Of a stretch of DNA of 64,000 bases, positions 42,721 through 55,800 are shown piece by piece. The position numbers and the translations under genes were made by a program. How positions within the stretch are numbered: position 1 is the first letter of the stretch; each line of letters starts with the position of its first letter. Origin of the DNA: the human T2T-CHM13v2.0 reference genome, Homo sapiens; the NCBI RefSeq assembly GCF_009914755.1, contig NC_060926.1; one strand, given 5' to 3'. Under the pieces are notes generated by a model. It had not been told where the DNA came from, did not search any database, and saw nothing but the letters and a program-made list of their open reading frames with translations.

Positions 42721-45359
42721 CCCGAGAAAGCGTTGGTCTGAATGACCGTTAAGACTCCTCCAGATATGAATTTCTGTAACTTTATGGATGTTTCAAATCC
42801 CTTCAAGCTGGGAAATTCTGTCTCTGTTGCATCTTTGGGATAACAAACTTCCTGAAGAATCACTGTGTCTTTTCAAAGACTGAAAATGGATTCCCAGCAA
42901 TGTGAAATCTTGTGCCTGAGTCCTAAAGTGATCAAAGGTAAGGTTGAGCCTAGGACAAAATGAGGATCCCCTGGAGGGAAGCTAGGGCAACACAGTAAGT
43001 GGCAAAAGAATACGAGTGAGGTTATTTGACTATCCTCTTCCAGTAGGGCTGGCTCAGCTATGGCAGACCCCAGGGTGGTTAGGACAAATGGCAGCCCCAT
43101 ACAGGGACATACATGGACACTGATCCTTGTTTTTTTCCTTTTTGGGGCCTTTCTGAATCTCCACTCCATGTGCAGGGTTGACCTGTTTCCTTGAGGAACT
43201 CTGAGATTTGCATCAATGGAGTTATCTGAGGGCTCTGTGGCTTGGGCTCTGTGCAGGAGGGCAGCCTGGCAATTGGATTGTTCCTGCTGGCTGGTGCCAT
43301 TGTGTGATATTGAGTCACCAGAATGGTGCCGATGCACTGCTTTTGGGTGATCCTCAATCAGGCGCAGGATGAATTCGGGGCACTGGGCTACTGATGGTCA
43401 ACTGTTAGCACCTGGGCTTGGGCTGTGTGTGGGCACCCATGCCTCAGCTCTCACCTGTTCATGTTCCTCCATGGTACCATCTCTGATTTGTGGCGTTCAA
43501 AGGCGTAGGATGGCAGCAAGCCTCCTTTACCCTGTATATCCATCCCCTTGCTGTTGGCACCTAAGGTTGTCACCCCATGCCCTCATCAGTCTCTGTACCA
43601 CATATCAGGAAGTCCTCCAGTGGTGGCTATGCCTGCCTTCTCTGAGGACTTTAAAGACCTTGGCTTTGCCACGCCAACAGGCTCTTCCAACCAGTGCCTT
43701 TCCTCCAAATGATATGGCGATGTTTTGCTTTCCCAGGTCGATCTTAAGCCATTCCCAACAAGGAGTGGACATCCTTGTGTGAAAAACACTGTTTTTCTTG
43801 CTCCAGTCACGTCTCCTTGCCTTTCTTGTCTTTTGGTGGTAGTGTGCAGAAGCAGAGGTGCAGGAAATGTTGAAAGGGATCACATTCTAAGAATGTAGTT
43901 ATAATGGCCTGAAGAATTCAAGAGAATACATGGTTGGAAGATGTGTCACTTTATGGTTACACTATAAAACTCCAAATGAAAAATAAATTATCATTCATAC
44001 TTTCCTGAATATTCTGGGTAAGGCTTGCATTTTGGTCATTATTAATGAAGTACAGAAACAACCTCTGAGAGAGTGGTTGGATGCCAGTATTTGCAGGTGC
44101 CACGATGAATGATGCAGCACTATCAGTCAAGATGCAACCAACATTAGACAAATGGTATCAGAGAACCACAGAGGCGAAAAAACAAAACCAAAACCCAAAA
44201 CTATATTGTTTCAATACAAACAGGTTCCAAAAGCTATGACATCGTGAGTGACAACAATGTTGCCGCCTCTTTCTCACAATAGGAAATAAAACTTTAACCA
44301 AAAGAGCATGGGCAGATATTTCCCGGATCTGAACAGGAATAGCTGGTGTCTGGACTCTATGAAGAATCTTCATGTGCAGTGATAGAAGAATAAACACATT
44401 TGTAAGTACCTCTTCTCTATGGATTATTCTAAATCTTCATTGACAAATGTCAGCACCTCACATAGGCCCATACATTTTGAAATACCTTTTAAAATTAAAT
44501 TGTTTAGATAGGCAAGGGTCTTATAAAATATTTTTTTAGGGCTTTGTATACTAGGGGTGGCCCTGGTTACTGGTGATCTTGAAGATATTGTCTCAGTGGC
44601 CTGGTGGTGATAAATACCTCACTGGAGTAAGTGCAAGCGGAGTTAGAAGAGAAAAATTGGAGACAATGAATATAGACAAGTTAATAAAAAGGACTTTTTC
44701 TATAAATAAGAGCAAAGAAGTGAGGCAGAAGTTGGAGGGGTGTGGGGTAAAGAGTGTGTATTTTTTAGATGCATTCATGTATTCTGTTAGGAATGGTCAA
44801 GTGGAGGGGAGAAATTGATGATGTAGGGAAAGGAGAGAGAGAGAGAGAAAGAGAGAGAAGCAGAGTGAGTTTCTTGAGTAGGCAAGAGGGGATGGGAGTC
44901 TGATGGAGAAGTAGAGAGGATGTCCTTAGAGAGGAGCCCTGACATCTCAGTCACTTAGCTGGTGGGAAGGCAAAGGATGTGGGTGCAGATACTGGTAGGT
45001 GTGCAGGTGTGGTGGTGCGAGCTTGCAAAAGTTCCCAATGCTTCTATTTTCTTTGTGAAATAGGAACCAAGTTCACCATGGAGAGAGTGAGTGGGTTGGG
45101 GAAAAGGTGTTGTATGTTTGAGGAGTGAGGAGAAGGTGTCAAATAATCATCCAGGTGAGCAGATTAGTGAGCAGCATGAAAATGTGATAGGATTTCTGGC
45201 CACACTAATGACCGTTTGAGACCTAATGACAAGACCAGTTGGACCAATCAGTTGGGTTGTTGTTGTTGATATTGTTGTTGCTTTCTCTAGCCGCATATAG
45301 CTGCATAGGGGCCGGTGTGGAATAGGCATAGAATTTGATTTCACCAGGGTTGGGGTGCT

Positions 45360-45934
45360 GGTTATCACCTCTTGCCTCTCAGCTCCAAACCCACCTTCAT
45401 TGCTTGCTTGTGATATTGGAACCTTTCCCCTTGCTTAGCTAGTATGATGTTATATGCTTCATCAGTAGGGGACACTGGAGGATGAACAGTATTTCCTAGT
45501 TTAATGTTTTTTTTTTTTTCTAGGCAGACTTTTGTAGTGCACAGTGACCGGTGACCAGCAGCATGTGTTTCCATAGGCATCTTCTCTCAGTACCCCAGAA
45601 GGTGAATTGCCAGTGAGTCCTGCCAGGATGCCCCTCGGTGACTGCACCACCCAGTAAGTCATGGCTGTGTACTTCCCATCAAGGTCTGGATCTCAGCTCA
45701 GGTAGTGGGGGCTGCTCTTCCATAGTCATTCCATCCTTGTGTGCTCTGCCTCAGCCCTGGGGATAGTGGCCGCTTTCTGTACATGTCAGTCCTCTATTCT
45801 TTAGACTTCTTGTTACCCCATTAGCAGCCAATTCTCTTTTGTTACTGCTTAGCAGCCAACTTTTTTTATATTAAACTTTCCCCAACCAAATTATAGTGTG
45901 GTTTCTGTGTCTTAATTGGACCCCGGGTGATACA
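45360..45934 (+). mobile_element. ERVL-class LTR (LTR33-like)
   Basis: ctcttgcctctcagctccaaacccacc start; attaaac then ...ggaccccgggtgataca end. Confidence 0.5.
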
Positions 45935-46842
45935 GTTTGCGTTTTGAAAGTGAAGAATTGTCGAAGTGATGTTCATCACTTCTTTCTTTTCATTTCTGTA
46001 TTTTTATTGCTCCTTTCTGTCTCCTTCCCCAGTAATATATAAACTTACTCAAATGTCTCCTACCTGAAAAATAAAACAAAATGGAAGCCATAGTTGGCTT
46101 CTTATCTTCCTTTAGTTACTGCTCTGTTTACTTTTACCATCAAGTTCCTCAAAAGAGTACACTCTAAATCTGTGGTAGAAAGAACTGTTGTTCCCAACTC
46201 CTAGTTTCCCCCTGTAATAGGGTGACACAGCCCTGCCCATGGTGTGACTTGCCCATTCTCCCTGAAGGGACACGTGCACCCCTGCTCCACTGATGTGGGG
46301 CTTGGCCTTAATTGTTGCTTTGATCCGTGGAACATGGGTGGAAGCGACAAAGTGCCAGTTCTAAGCACAAGGTTATGAGACAAGGCATATTTTGGTTCGT
46401 CCCTCTTGATCTTCTGCTGTCTGCCATGAGAAGAGAATGTCCCACAGTATGGTTGCTCTTTAGGCCTGGGACCTGGAATGAAAAGACAGGCAAAGGCCAG
46501 CTGAGGGTCTGCTCTGTGGCTAGGGCTGTGGCCACTCTCCCATTCTTTTCCCTGGCACCATCTCAGGTCCAGGAATAAAGAAGAGCAACAAAAGTTTTCA
46601 TTAGACTTTAAAAACTTTGAGTCTTACTCATATTTAATCCTTAGTTGCTGAAGAAGTGACTTTCATATATAGGAGACCCTAAGGGGGTACATTCTCAGTG
46701 AAGTGACAGCCATGGGGGAGGGAAAGATTGATCCATATGAGGACTTCAAGGTCCTGGCATATCAGGACAGGTCTTTAGGAGTCCTGTTGACATAAATAAA
46801 ATAGGTAGATTATTGAGACTGAGGCCAGGCCCTAAACACTAG

Positions 46843-47250
46843 TGTATTAATTTGCTAGAACTGCCATAACAAAATACCACAACTGGGTAGATTAAACAAT
46901 GACATTTGTTATCTCACAGCTCTGGAAGCTAGACTTCTGAAATCAAGTTGTTGGCAGGATTGGTTCCTTCTGAGGGCAGTGAGGGAAGGATCCATTCCAG
47001 GCTTCTCTCCTTGGCTTATTGGTGGGTGTCTCCTTGTTTATATCATATTCCTGCTGTATGTATGTCTGTCTGCCTATTTCTCCTTTCTATAAGGACACCG
47101 GTCACGCTGGATTAAGGCTCACTCCTTAATGACTTCATTTTAACTTAATGATCTCTCTAAAGACCCTCTATCTAAATAAGCTCACATTCTGAGGTACTGA
47201 TAGAAATACAACATGAATTTTTGCGGAGACAACATTCAACCCATAAAAAC
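46843..47250 (-). mobile_element. MLT1C/D-like LTR
   Basis: tgtattaatttgctagaactgccataacaaaataccacaactggg...cacattctgaggtactg. Confidence 0.75.
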
Positions 47251-47944
47251 TAGAATTAATATTCCTGAGAACAAGGGGTGGCAAAGCCTCCTCCTTCATC
47301 TGGGGTGAGGGGAGTCTTCTGAGTAGATAAAGAACTCCTTTTAGGGTAGAAAGGAGCTGAAGTTCATCCAGTGCAAGTACTGAGTGAATTTATTCTAAGG
47401 TCCCAAGACAAGAGAAAGATAAAACAAAAACAAAAACGGATGTATCACTGAAGGAGATGTGCTCGGCCAGCTTCCGGCAGCAGCAAGAACAGTGGGTATA
47501 TAAGCTCCAGTAGCCAAGGTTGCCCAGGTTACCCTTTTCAGGGGCAGCAGTAGAGGCATAGTTGGTTCCGGAGTCAGAAAGACCCAGCATCTTCTGCTGA
47601 TGCTCAAGCTGCATGTTTTTTTTCAATCTTCGCAGCTACAAATTTTTATCCCAATGGGGAGCACTGTTTATAGGTTGGAGGATTAGGTTCCATAGGAAAG
47701 AAAGAAAATGAGGAGAGACACATTGGACAAGTTGGTGGGAGACTGTGCCACTCGCCCTCTAGCCTTTGACCATAGACAAAGATTAAATAAGGTTATATAG
47801 ATAGGAAGAAAGAAGTAGAGGGGGCAAAGAACCAGGTAGCTGACTCATTTAATCCTCCCAAAAGGGTTTTTCTTATTGCAGTTTCTTTGCAACTCTGACC
47901 ATATTGTAATATTAATCAATCAATCTATCACTTGCCTTTGTTGA

Positions 47945-48120
47945 TATTTGTGTACCCTCCCCCTGCCCTAAATTTATATGTGGATGCCTTAACCCCCAAT
48001 ATGACTGTATTTGGAGATAGGGTCATTACAGAAGTAATTAAGGTTAAATGAGGGCATACAAGTAGGGCATTAATCCCACAGGATTAGTGTTCTTATAAGA
48101 AAAGACAACAGAGAGCTCCT

Positions 48121-48161
<41 letters not shown>

Positions 48162-48372
48162 CTCCTCTCTTCCTTTTTGCACATGCACAAAGAAGAGGTC
48201 ATGTGAGCATGGAGCCCGAAGGTGGCCATCTACAAGCCAGGAAAACAACCCTCATCAAATTGGCTGACACCTCGACCTTGGACTTCCCCCTCCAGAACTG
48301 CGAGAAATTAATTTCTGTTTAAGCCACCCAGTCTCTGGTATTTTGTTATAGCAGCCCAACTGGACTAATGAA
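47945..48372 (+). mobile_element. MLT1B-like LTR containing a (TC)n tract
   Basis: gactgtatttggagatagggtc...aagccacccagtctctggtattttgttatagcagcc. Confidence 0.8.
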
Positions 48373-49774
48373 ATTTATTTAAATTATATTTCCCCCATTA
48401 GAATGCAGAAACCAAGCATCTCCATTTCCCAAATACCACCAGTACCTGGCATGGTAGCTTTCACATGGCAGACACTCAATAAATATTTGTTGAATGAATG
48501 ATTAGTAAATCAATAACATAATAGGTAGTATTATCCTCATTTTAAAGTGGAGAAAATTGACAGATATGAAAGGATGCTTAATACTCACAACCTAGGGACA
48601 CAAATGGCATTTCCTTAACCAAAGTTAGTTGAAAGTGGGCCAGGATAAAATAACATCTTCAGACACAAACTACATTAAAGATTGCTTTAGCTGATCCAAG
48701 AGAAGGGTCATATTTGTTCCAATTTCAGTCTAGTGTCCTCTCTGTAAAAGGGATTAGAGATTTGCCAATCCACATCTGGTTCACTCCCTGTAAATCAATG
48801 CCCTCAGAGTCAGTAGACAGACACAAAGCTTAGAGGAATTTAATTGCCAAAGGCAATGTGGGGATATGAGAGGATGAGCATTTGCTGTCTCCTGAGAGAC
48901 CTCACAGGGTGGCACTGCCTCGGTCCAGGGTCTGGTCTATGCCCTGCAGGTTTAGAAACTGGATCTGTCAGCACACTGAGAGTGGATCCATCCCTCAGCT
49001 TCAACTCTAATTAATTAAGCTCAGAGAGCTGATGCATGAAACCAGCATGTCAATGTATTGATTCACAAGAGGGATAAAACTGCCACTGTGTCTGGAACAC
49101 TTGTCTCTACATGACTTGCACATTCTTTTAATGAAGTCAGACCTCCAAGGAGGGCAAGTTATCAGAATGTTGCTTAGTGAGCGTGGAATCCAAAAGAGCT
49201 AGCTAGTTAGATGATTCAAACATTTAATGACATTAAGCTAGGAGAGCCGATACTGCCACGTTTACTGTAGGAACGGCCTTTCTAAAGGTGTTGGATTATT
49301 CAAAGCCATTGGCTGAGGCACCATCTCCAGTGGGCACTTCTTACACGGGCTCTGCTGATGTTCACCATTCTCATGCTCCTGTTTTTATGCTTTTTATGGC
49401 TGACTAACCCTGCTTTGACTGGCTCTTTTAGTCTTTGTACTTGCTAAGCTTTCAGACATATTCTGTCTGTTTCAGATGACTTTATCCATTGGTTTTGATC
49501 TGTTTTGTGTAGAACTTAATTCTCAGACAATAATCTTATTTCTTTAATTTACTCATATTTGTGAAAGTTCTCACGAAACTCTTCAATAGCCAAATAGATA
49601 GATGGCTTCTTGTAGTTCTATCTTACTTTATTTGAAAGATATATTTGAGAACACTTATCAGAGACTCTATGTCTCATCTTTGTACTGTGCCCAAATCACT
49701 TACTTTCTCCATTTGTAGATAATCTCCAACTTAATTACTACTTGTTGATTTTTGAAATTTGCTCATTGAGTACC

Positions 49775-50215
49775 ACAGACCTTGGAACAATGCAGGAGTT
49801 AGAAGTGCCATTCCCCTCCATGCAGTTGAAAACCCATGTATAACTTTTGACTCCTCCAAAACTTAACTACCAGTAGTCTACTGTTGACCAGAAGCCTGGC
49901 TCATAACAGAGTTGGTTAACACGTAATTTTGTATGCTCTATGTACTATATACTGTATTCTTACAGTGAAATAAGCTAGAGAAAAGAAACTGTTTTTAAGA
50001 AAATCATAAGGAAGATAAAATATGTTTACTATTCATTAAGTGGAAGTAGATAATCACAAAGATCTTCATCCTCATTGTCTTCACATTGAGTAGGCTGAGG
50101 AAGAGGAGGAAGAGGAGAGGTTGTTCTTGCTGTCTCAGGGGCAGCAGAGGAAGAAGAAAGTCTGTGTATACGTGAACCCACGCAGTTGAAGCCCATGTTG
50201 TTCAAGAGTAAATGG
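49775..50215 (+). mobile_element. Tigger2a/MER28-like TcMar DNA transposon
   Basis: gcagttgaaaacccatgtataacttttgactcc...cagttgaagcccatgttgttcaag with degenerate terminal inverted repeats. Confidence 0.75.
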
Positions 50216-50682
50216 CAATGTGATCCATAACCTGGGACACTCTAAAAGATAACTCAGTTGGATATTTCAAAATGTTAATATCAAGAAAGAATGGGGGGAC
50301 TGTTCTGTTAAAAGAGTCATCATAATGAAATATAATGCATGAAACGTGATTGGGTTCAGGTTAAAAATATAAATGCAACTATAAGAGATATTGTTGGGAA
50401 AAAGGTGGAAATTCAAATATGAACTTGTTATTCAGTGGTATTATGAACAATTGCTAATTTCATTTGGTGTAATAATGGTAATGTAGGGGACTGTCTATGC
50501 TCCAGAGATGTAGGCAGGGTGTTTCGGGTTGAAGAGTTACAATGTCTGAAAGTCGGTGTTAGATGATTCAGCCAAAAACAAACAAACGATGTCTATCTAT
50601 CTACACAGAGAGAAGCAAACATGGCTAAATATTAGCAATGTCAAATCTAGGTGGAGAGTAAATGAATATTTATTTTACTATT

Positions 50683-50847
50683 TTTTAAAAAATTTTACTT
50701 TAAGTTCTGGGATACATGTGTAGACCATGCAGGTTTGTTACATAGGTATACATGTGCCATGGTGATTTGCTGCACCTATTAACCTATCATCTAGGTTTTA
50801 AGCCTTGCATGCGTTTAGGTGTTTGTCCTAATGCTCTTTCTCCCCTC
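50683..50847 (-). mobile_element. Short L1PA (PA7-PA10-like) 3' fragment inside older L1M
   Basis: ctttaagttctgggatacatgtg...gtttgttacataggtatacatgtgccatgg; TSD ATTTTACTATT. Confidence 0.85.
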
Positions 50848-51944
50848 ATTTTACTATTCTTTCAACTTTTGTCTATGTTTGAAAGTTTTCATACTAAAAA
50901 GTTAAAAAAATTATGTATTATAATAAGTGGTTTGTAAATGTAGTGGTAAGAATAAAAATTGAGCAATATTTACTAAAAAGTAAAATTTGAGAACCTAGGA
51001 GATAATTGTCTCTTGGGAAATTGGGTCATTCCTTCACCTCCCTAGGCTTCTACTTTCTCACTTCAAATCAGGGAGGTAGAGTTGGATTAGGAAAATCTTT
51101 AGTGTCTATTGAGGTGTAATATCCTAGAGTTTGATGTAAAGTATAAATGTACTCAATTTTGTTTGCTCTCTCTTCTTAGGTAAAAAGACATCCCTTAACT
51201 ATGGCAAAACAACAACAACAACGACGACAAAAAACAAAACAAAACAAAACAAAACCCTGCATCAATTTGATAAATAATCCTCCCCGTTGATGTCACTGGT
51301 TTTTTTCTGCACATCTTCTCACTGATATTTAAATGCTGAGCTTACACTTTCCATGGACATGCTTAATGACTAAACAATAGTTGAATTCTAAATTAATCAA
51401 CTGACCAACCAGTAAGAATTTATTGAGCAACTCCTTTGAAGCCGTCTATCTGTTAGGTGCTGTGGGAGCACAAAAGAAATAGGACATCATCTCTGCCTCA
51501 GGGAATTTAGTGTTTTGGGGAAAACCTGAGTGGTATACACAAAGCAATTGAGGAACAACCTAGGACCTTGTAGTCCATTAGGATTTCCAAAAATAGAAAG
51601 AGAATGGAAAGTCACCTGGCTAGGAGAAGCCAGTGGAAACTTGACACGATGAAAAAAGAGCAGCTAATTTCATTCCTGTCCACCAGTTATTTATGTGTTT
51701 ATCTTTAATTACATTTGTTTGATTTCCCTTATTAAAGTCTGATGTCTTAAAAAAGCAGAAAAGTGAGGCAGGTCAGCAGGGGATGTAAGTTGGGAAGAAA
51801 GACAGGTGAGGGCAAGAATTTAGGCAGGAGCCACAGTGTTGGTTGTGCAGGTGAAGGTCAGGTGACGGAGGGTAACCAGTCATGGATGACCCAGGCAGGA
51901 GCCATAACCAAAATGTTAGAAAAAGTTGGTAAGAAATTGTTCCA

Positions 51945-52243
51945 GGCCAGGCGCAGTGGCTCATGCTTGTAATTCCAGCACTGTGGGAGGCCAAGGTAGG
52001 CGGATCACTTGAGGTCAGGAGTTTGAAACCAGCCTGGCCAACATGGAGATACCCTGTCTCTACTAAAAATACAAAAACTATCTGGGCATGGTGGCACGTG
52101 CCTGTAATCCCAGCTACTCAGGAGGCTGAGGCAGGAGAATCACTTCAACCCAGGAGACAGAGATTGCAGTGAGCCGAGATTGCGCCACTGCACTCCAGCC
52201 TGGGTGACAGAGTGAGACACCATCTCAAAAAAAAAAAAAAAAA
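51945..52243 (+). mobile_element. AluS
   Basis: Full Alu with poly-A; degenerate TSD aagaa(a/g)tt(g/t)ttcca. Confidence 0.95.
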
Positions 52244-52845
52244 AGAAGTTTTCCAGGAACAAGGGCAGAACTTAGCTACTGAGTTCTACCGAAGGCCAGG
52301 ATCTGAGTCAAGCACCAAGGTTAACTCCCAGGGAAGCCAAATGTTCATAAAAGGAAATCTTTCCAAATCACAAATATCAGGGCCTGCTAGGTAAATTCTA
52401 GCTTCTCTGTGCCAAGGGCTGTGTTCCTACTCTCAAGCGCCACTCACTGACTGTCTGGGTGGTGCTGTGGGCTTCTGTACTTTTAGCTTCATCAGCTGCA
52501 CCTGTCCTCTTTTCCCATAAGACGCCAGGACCCTCAGAATCTTCCCTCTTACCAGAAATTTGGGTTTTGGGCTGGGTCCCTGGACCGAATTCTGACACTC
52601 TAAGTGTTTGCAGACTATTTTGATAGAGGTAGTGATTATGATGCCAGAAAAGTGAAGCCAGTTTTTATTAGAATGTTGGCCATCTTGAATAATCCATTCC
52701 CCCACTTCCATGGGACATCTTCAAAGAGATTTTTAAAAGACAAATATGATCTCTACTAATGAGATATCTTCAGAAGGTAGAATTAAAGCAAAATTAATGT
52801 ACACAGAATTCCTATTTCAATATATTTATTATTCACAACATTTCT

Positions 52846-52894
52846 ACACACACACATACACACACACACACGCATACACACACACACACACACA
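52846..52894. repeat. Interrupted (CA)n microsatellite
   Basis: Directly visible. Confidence 0.9.
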
Positions 52895-55800
52895 TTCCTG
52901 CACAGGTAATTTATAGTGGCTAATCCACTCAGTACTGTGGACTTTGGTTTTAGAGAGCATTGTTTTCAAGGGTAGTACAGATAATCTGCCTCCAACATAT
53001 TCTATTCTTAGGGCTCTAAAGTCAAAGGAGTTTGTACAGACCCCTCCCTGCTAAGGTAATTATGTCCTCTTCATATCTTGCATGAATGTTTGCTCTTAGA
53101 GTGATGATCTGAAATATCAACATCCTGCAGGACCTAGTCTGGTCTGGAAGAAGAAGAGATATGTCATCTCTATGGGCTTTGATCTTGGTAGGCATATTTA
53201 TTCACCAGGTACACAAATGCAACTTTAAACCCTCAGCCACATTTAGTAAACTATTTCTTCATCTGTTGCAGTCTTATTCTGATGGGAAAAATTTCCTCTG
53301 TTTTTCAAGTTTAATTTATTATTTTTTCAAATTACAAGAGCAATGCATATTATTGTAACCAGAGAGATAATGCCAAGATCGGTAGAGAAAAACTTAATAA
53401 TCTCGACCTCCTATAACCATCTCTCTTCCCATCCCCCTGAGGTAATAGCAAATGTTAACAGCCTGCTACCTCTGCACATCTTCCTTCCTTCATGATTTCC
53501 CTACACACACACCCATACACACACGTGCGCATGCACACACACACCCACTCAAACACACGGTGTACGTCCAGGAGTCAGAAGTGGCTACAGAGATGGAGTC
53601 TTCATTATTAAGGTGAGAAAATGATAAGACAAATCACCCTTCTATTTCTACCTCCATGGAAAGCTAAATCTTCCATTTATATTTTTATAGTCTTTTCAGC
53701 ACTGTCTTAATGGTCTTGAGAACATATTACCCTGAAAATGTAAAAATAGAGCCAAAGAGGTGAAAGCTCCTTGCATGGCTTCTGACCAGGGATGGCTGCT
53801 TCCATGGGCTTTAGCTCTGCCAGTTCTCCCTAGACTGGGGCAGGTAGGCAGTGAGGATTTCAGCATATATTAAGTGCCAAATAGAAACAAATATTTGTTG
53901 CTATTATTAGAGTAAAACAACAGAAGCCTGTATTTTGACCAGAGGCCTGGAATCTACTACTTTGTGAATTAGCTAAGCAGCCCCAGTTGAACGTGAACCA
54001 GCCTGGAACAGAGTGGACTGCAGAGGCAATAAACAAGGATGTCGTGAAGACCCTGTTTCTTTCTAGCGTGGCATCCCAGGATAAAATATACAATTAATAG
54101 ATACTGGAAGGCACACTTTCTGATTATGGAGAAACCATCAAATTTGGCCATGGTTTTGCATAGGGGCTAGGTTGGAAATTCAACTAGAACAATTTAATGT
54201 CTACTGGCAAAGCTTCTTAATTATGGAATGAAAGCTACCTCAAAGTGCCTGGAGGCTTGAGCTGAATGGTGAGATCTTCATTGACCTGACCTCCTCTGTG
54301 CTGAAGTTTGCTGACTTGAGGAGACCTCCCCTAAGAACAGACCCTCCCCTCAGGGCTGCCTTCAGCGATGATGATTGACGCTGGCAAGTCAGTCAAGTGG
54401 GAAGTTTGCGGCACACACGGCTCAAAGGACTCACCCAGTTTGCCCTGTTGGAGGATGTTAACCTTTGCACACTATTTTTGACATTTAATTTTTCCTTCCA
54501 TTTAGTGCATGACTCTTTTTTTGTCTTTCTAGTAAATTCATTTAGTTAGTATTATTCTTTGCCTATTTTGTCTTTTAAACTTCTGGTTTTTAATCTTTCG
54601 TATTTTATATTATTTATTCTTGGTGTTCATGCTTCTTATTCTCTTTTCTGCTATTTTATCTTATTGTTGTGATAATAGTATATTTGCAGTAAGCTCCTTT
54701 TACTAACTTCATTTATTTCTACATAATGTTTTATCTGGCTTTGACCACAACTATATAAGGGGACAGCAAAGTGGAGCCACAAATGGGAAGATTGTGAAGA
54801 GGGCCCTTGACCAAATAAAGAGGAAACCTTTTCCCTGAAGAGGACTTTTCAGCAACCCAACTAATTCACTCATTTTTCTCAAAGTTGAATTTTCTTCCAC
54901 AAAAACCCCTTGACTTTGTTATTGAGTAGATCCTCAGGCCTAGGAAAATAATGTCTACATCGACCAAGGAGATATCTGAACTACCAGTACTTCCTGCAGC
55001 ATCTTTGTTTTGGTTGGCCTGGGCAGGTGGTGGGGCACGGGGGTGAAGGGAGGGGTCTGAGGTGGGTAGAAAACAAGGGTATCCCCAGGGCTATGGGAGG
55101 AAGGTCTAGTGGACTGGAACCATTGTATCTGTCGATTAGTGGAGGCAATCATATTTGTGATCCTTGAGCTAATGGTCTAGTAAGACTATAAACTTGTTCA
55201 TAATTAAAGCTGGCAAGAGGGTTCTTACCCCAGGTAATGAGACAAGAGTGAACCACAGGAGGAAGCCAGCACAGAGACCGTATGTAATGAGTCCCTTCAT
55301 GGGAAAGGGATGGAAAACAGTCCTCAGGCTAGCAGCAGAGGGAGTGCTGTCTGTTGTGGGTCTTGACCTGCTTAAGAGGTCTGACTTGAGGTGAGGCTGA
55401 AAGACAGCCCCGCTGGGGGCTTCAAGATAACGATGGACGGATAGGGTTCTCTCACCGCTGAATATCTCCTAAGGCATTAGTAAAACACTATTTAAATATT
55501 TCCTCTGTAACTCAGTTGTGCTATTAAAGCTCTGTTTCTCAAAGTAGGTCTGTAGATGTTCTTGAGAGAGTGAGTGTTTCATGAGAATTTTCAAATTTTC
55601 TGCTTTCGTTTTGAAGATAATCTTAAAGAAATAAAATCAAAATGTTCTACTACATTATTTTTAGTGCTGAAGGCTGAGTTTGGTGCCAAATGAAGAACAA
55701 ATAACATCACGGCATGCTATGGAAATGTCGATTTTGCATTAAGTTTGAATAGAGAAAGATGTGGGAAAATTGATCAATTTTGTGGCCCAAAGGTAGTACA

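Noticed and set aside
43605-43883. WLKIDLG motif reminiscent of a discoidin domain on the minus strand
   Set aside because: No other domain residues and a non-ATG start; probably chance
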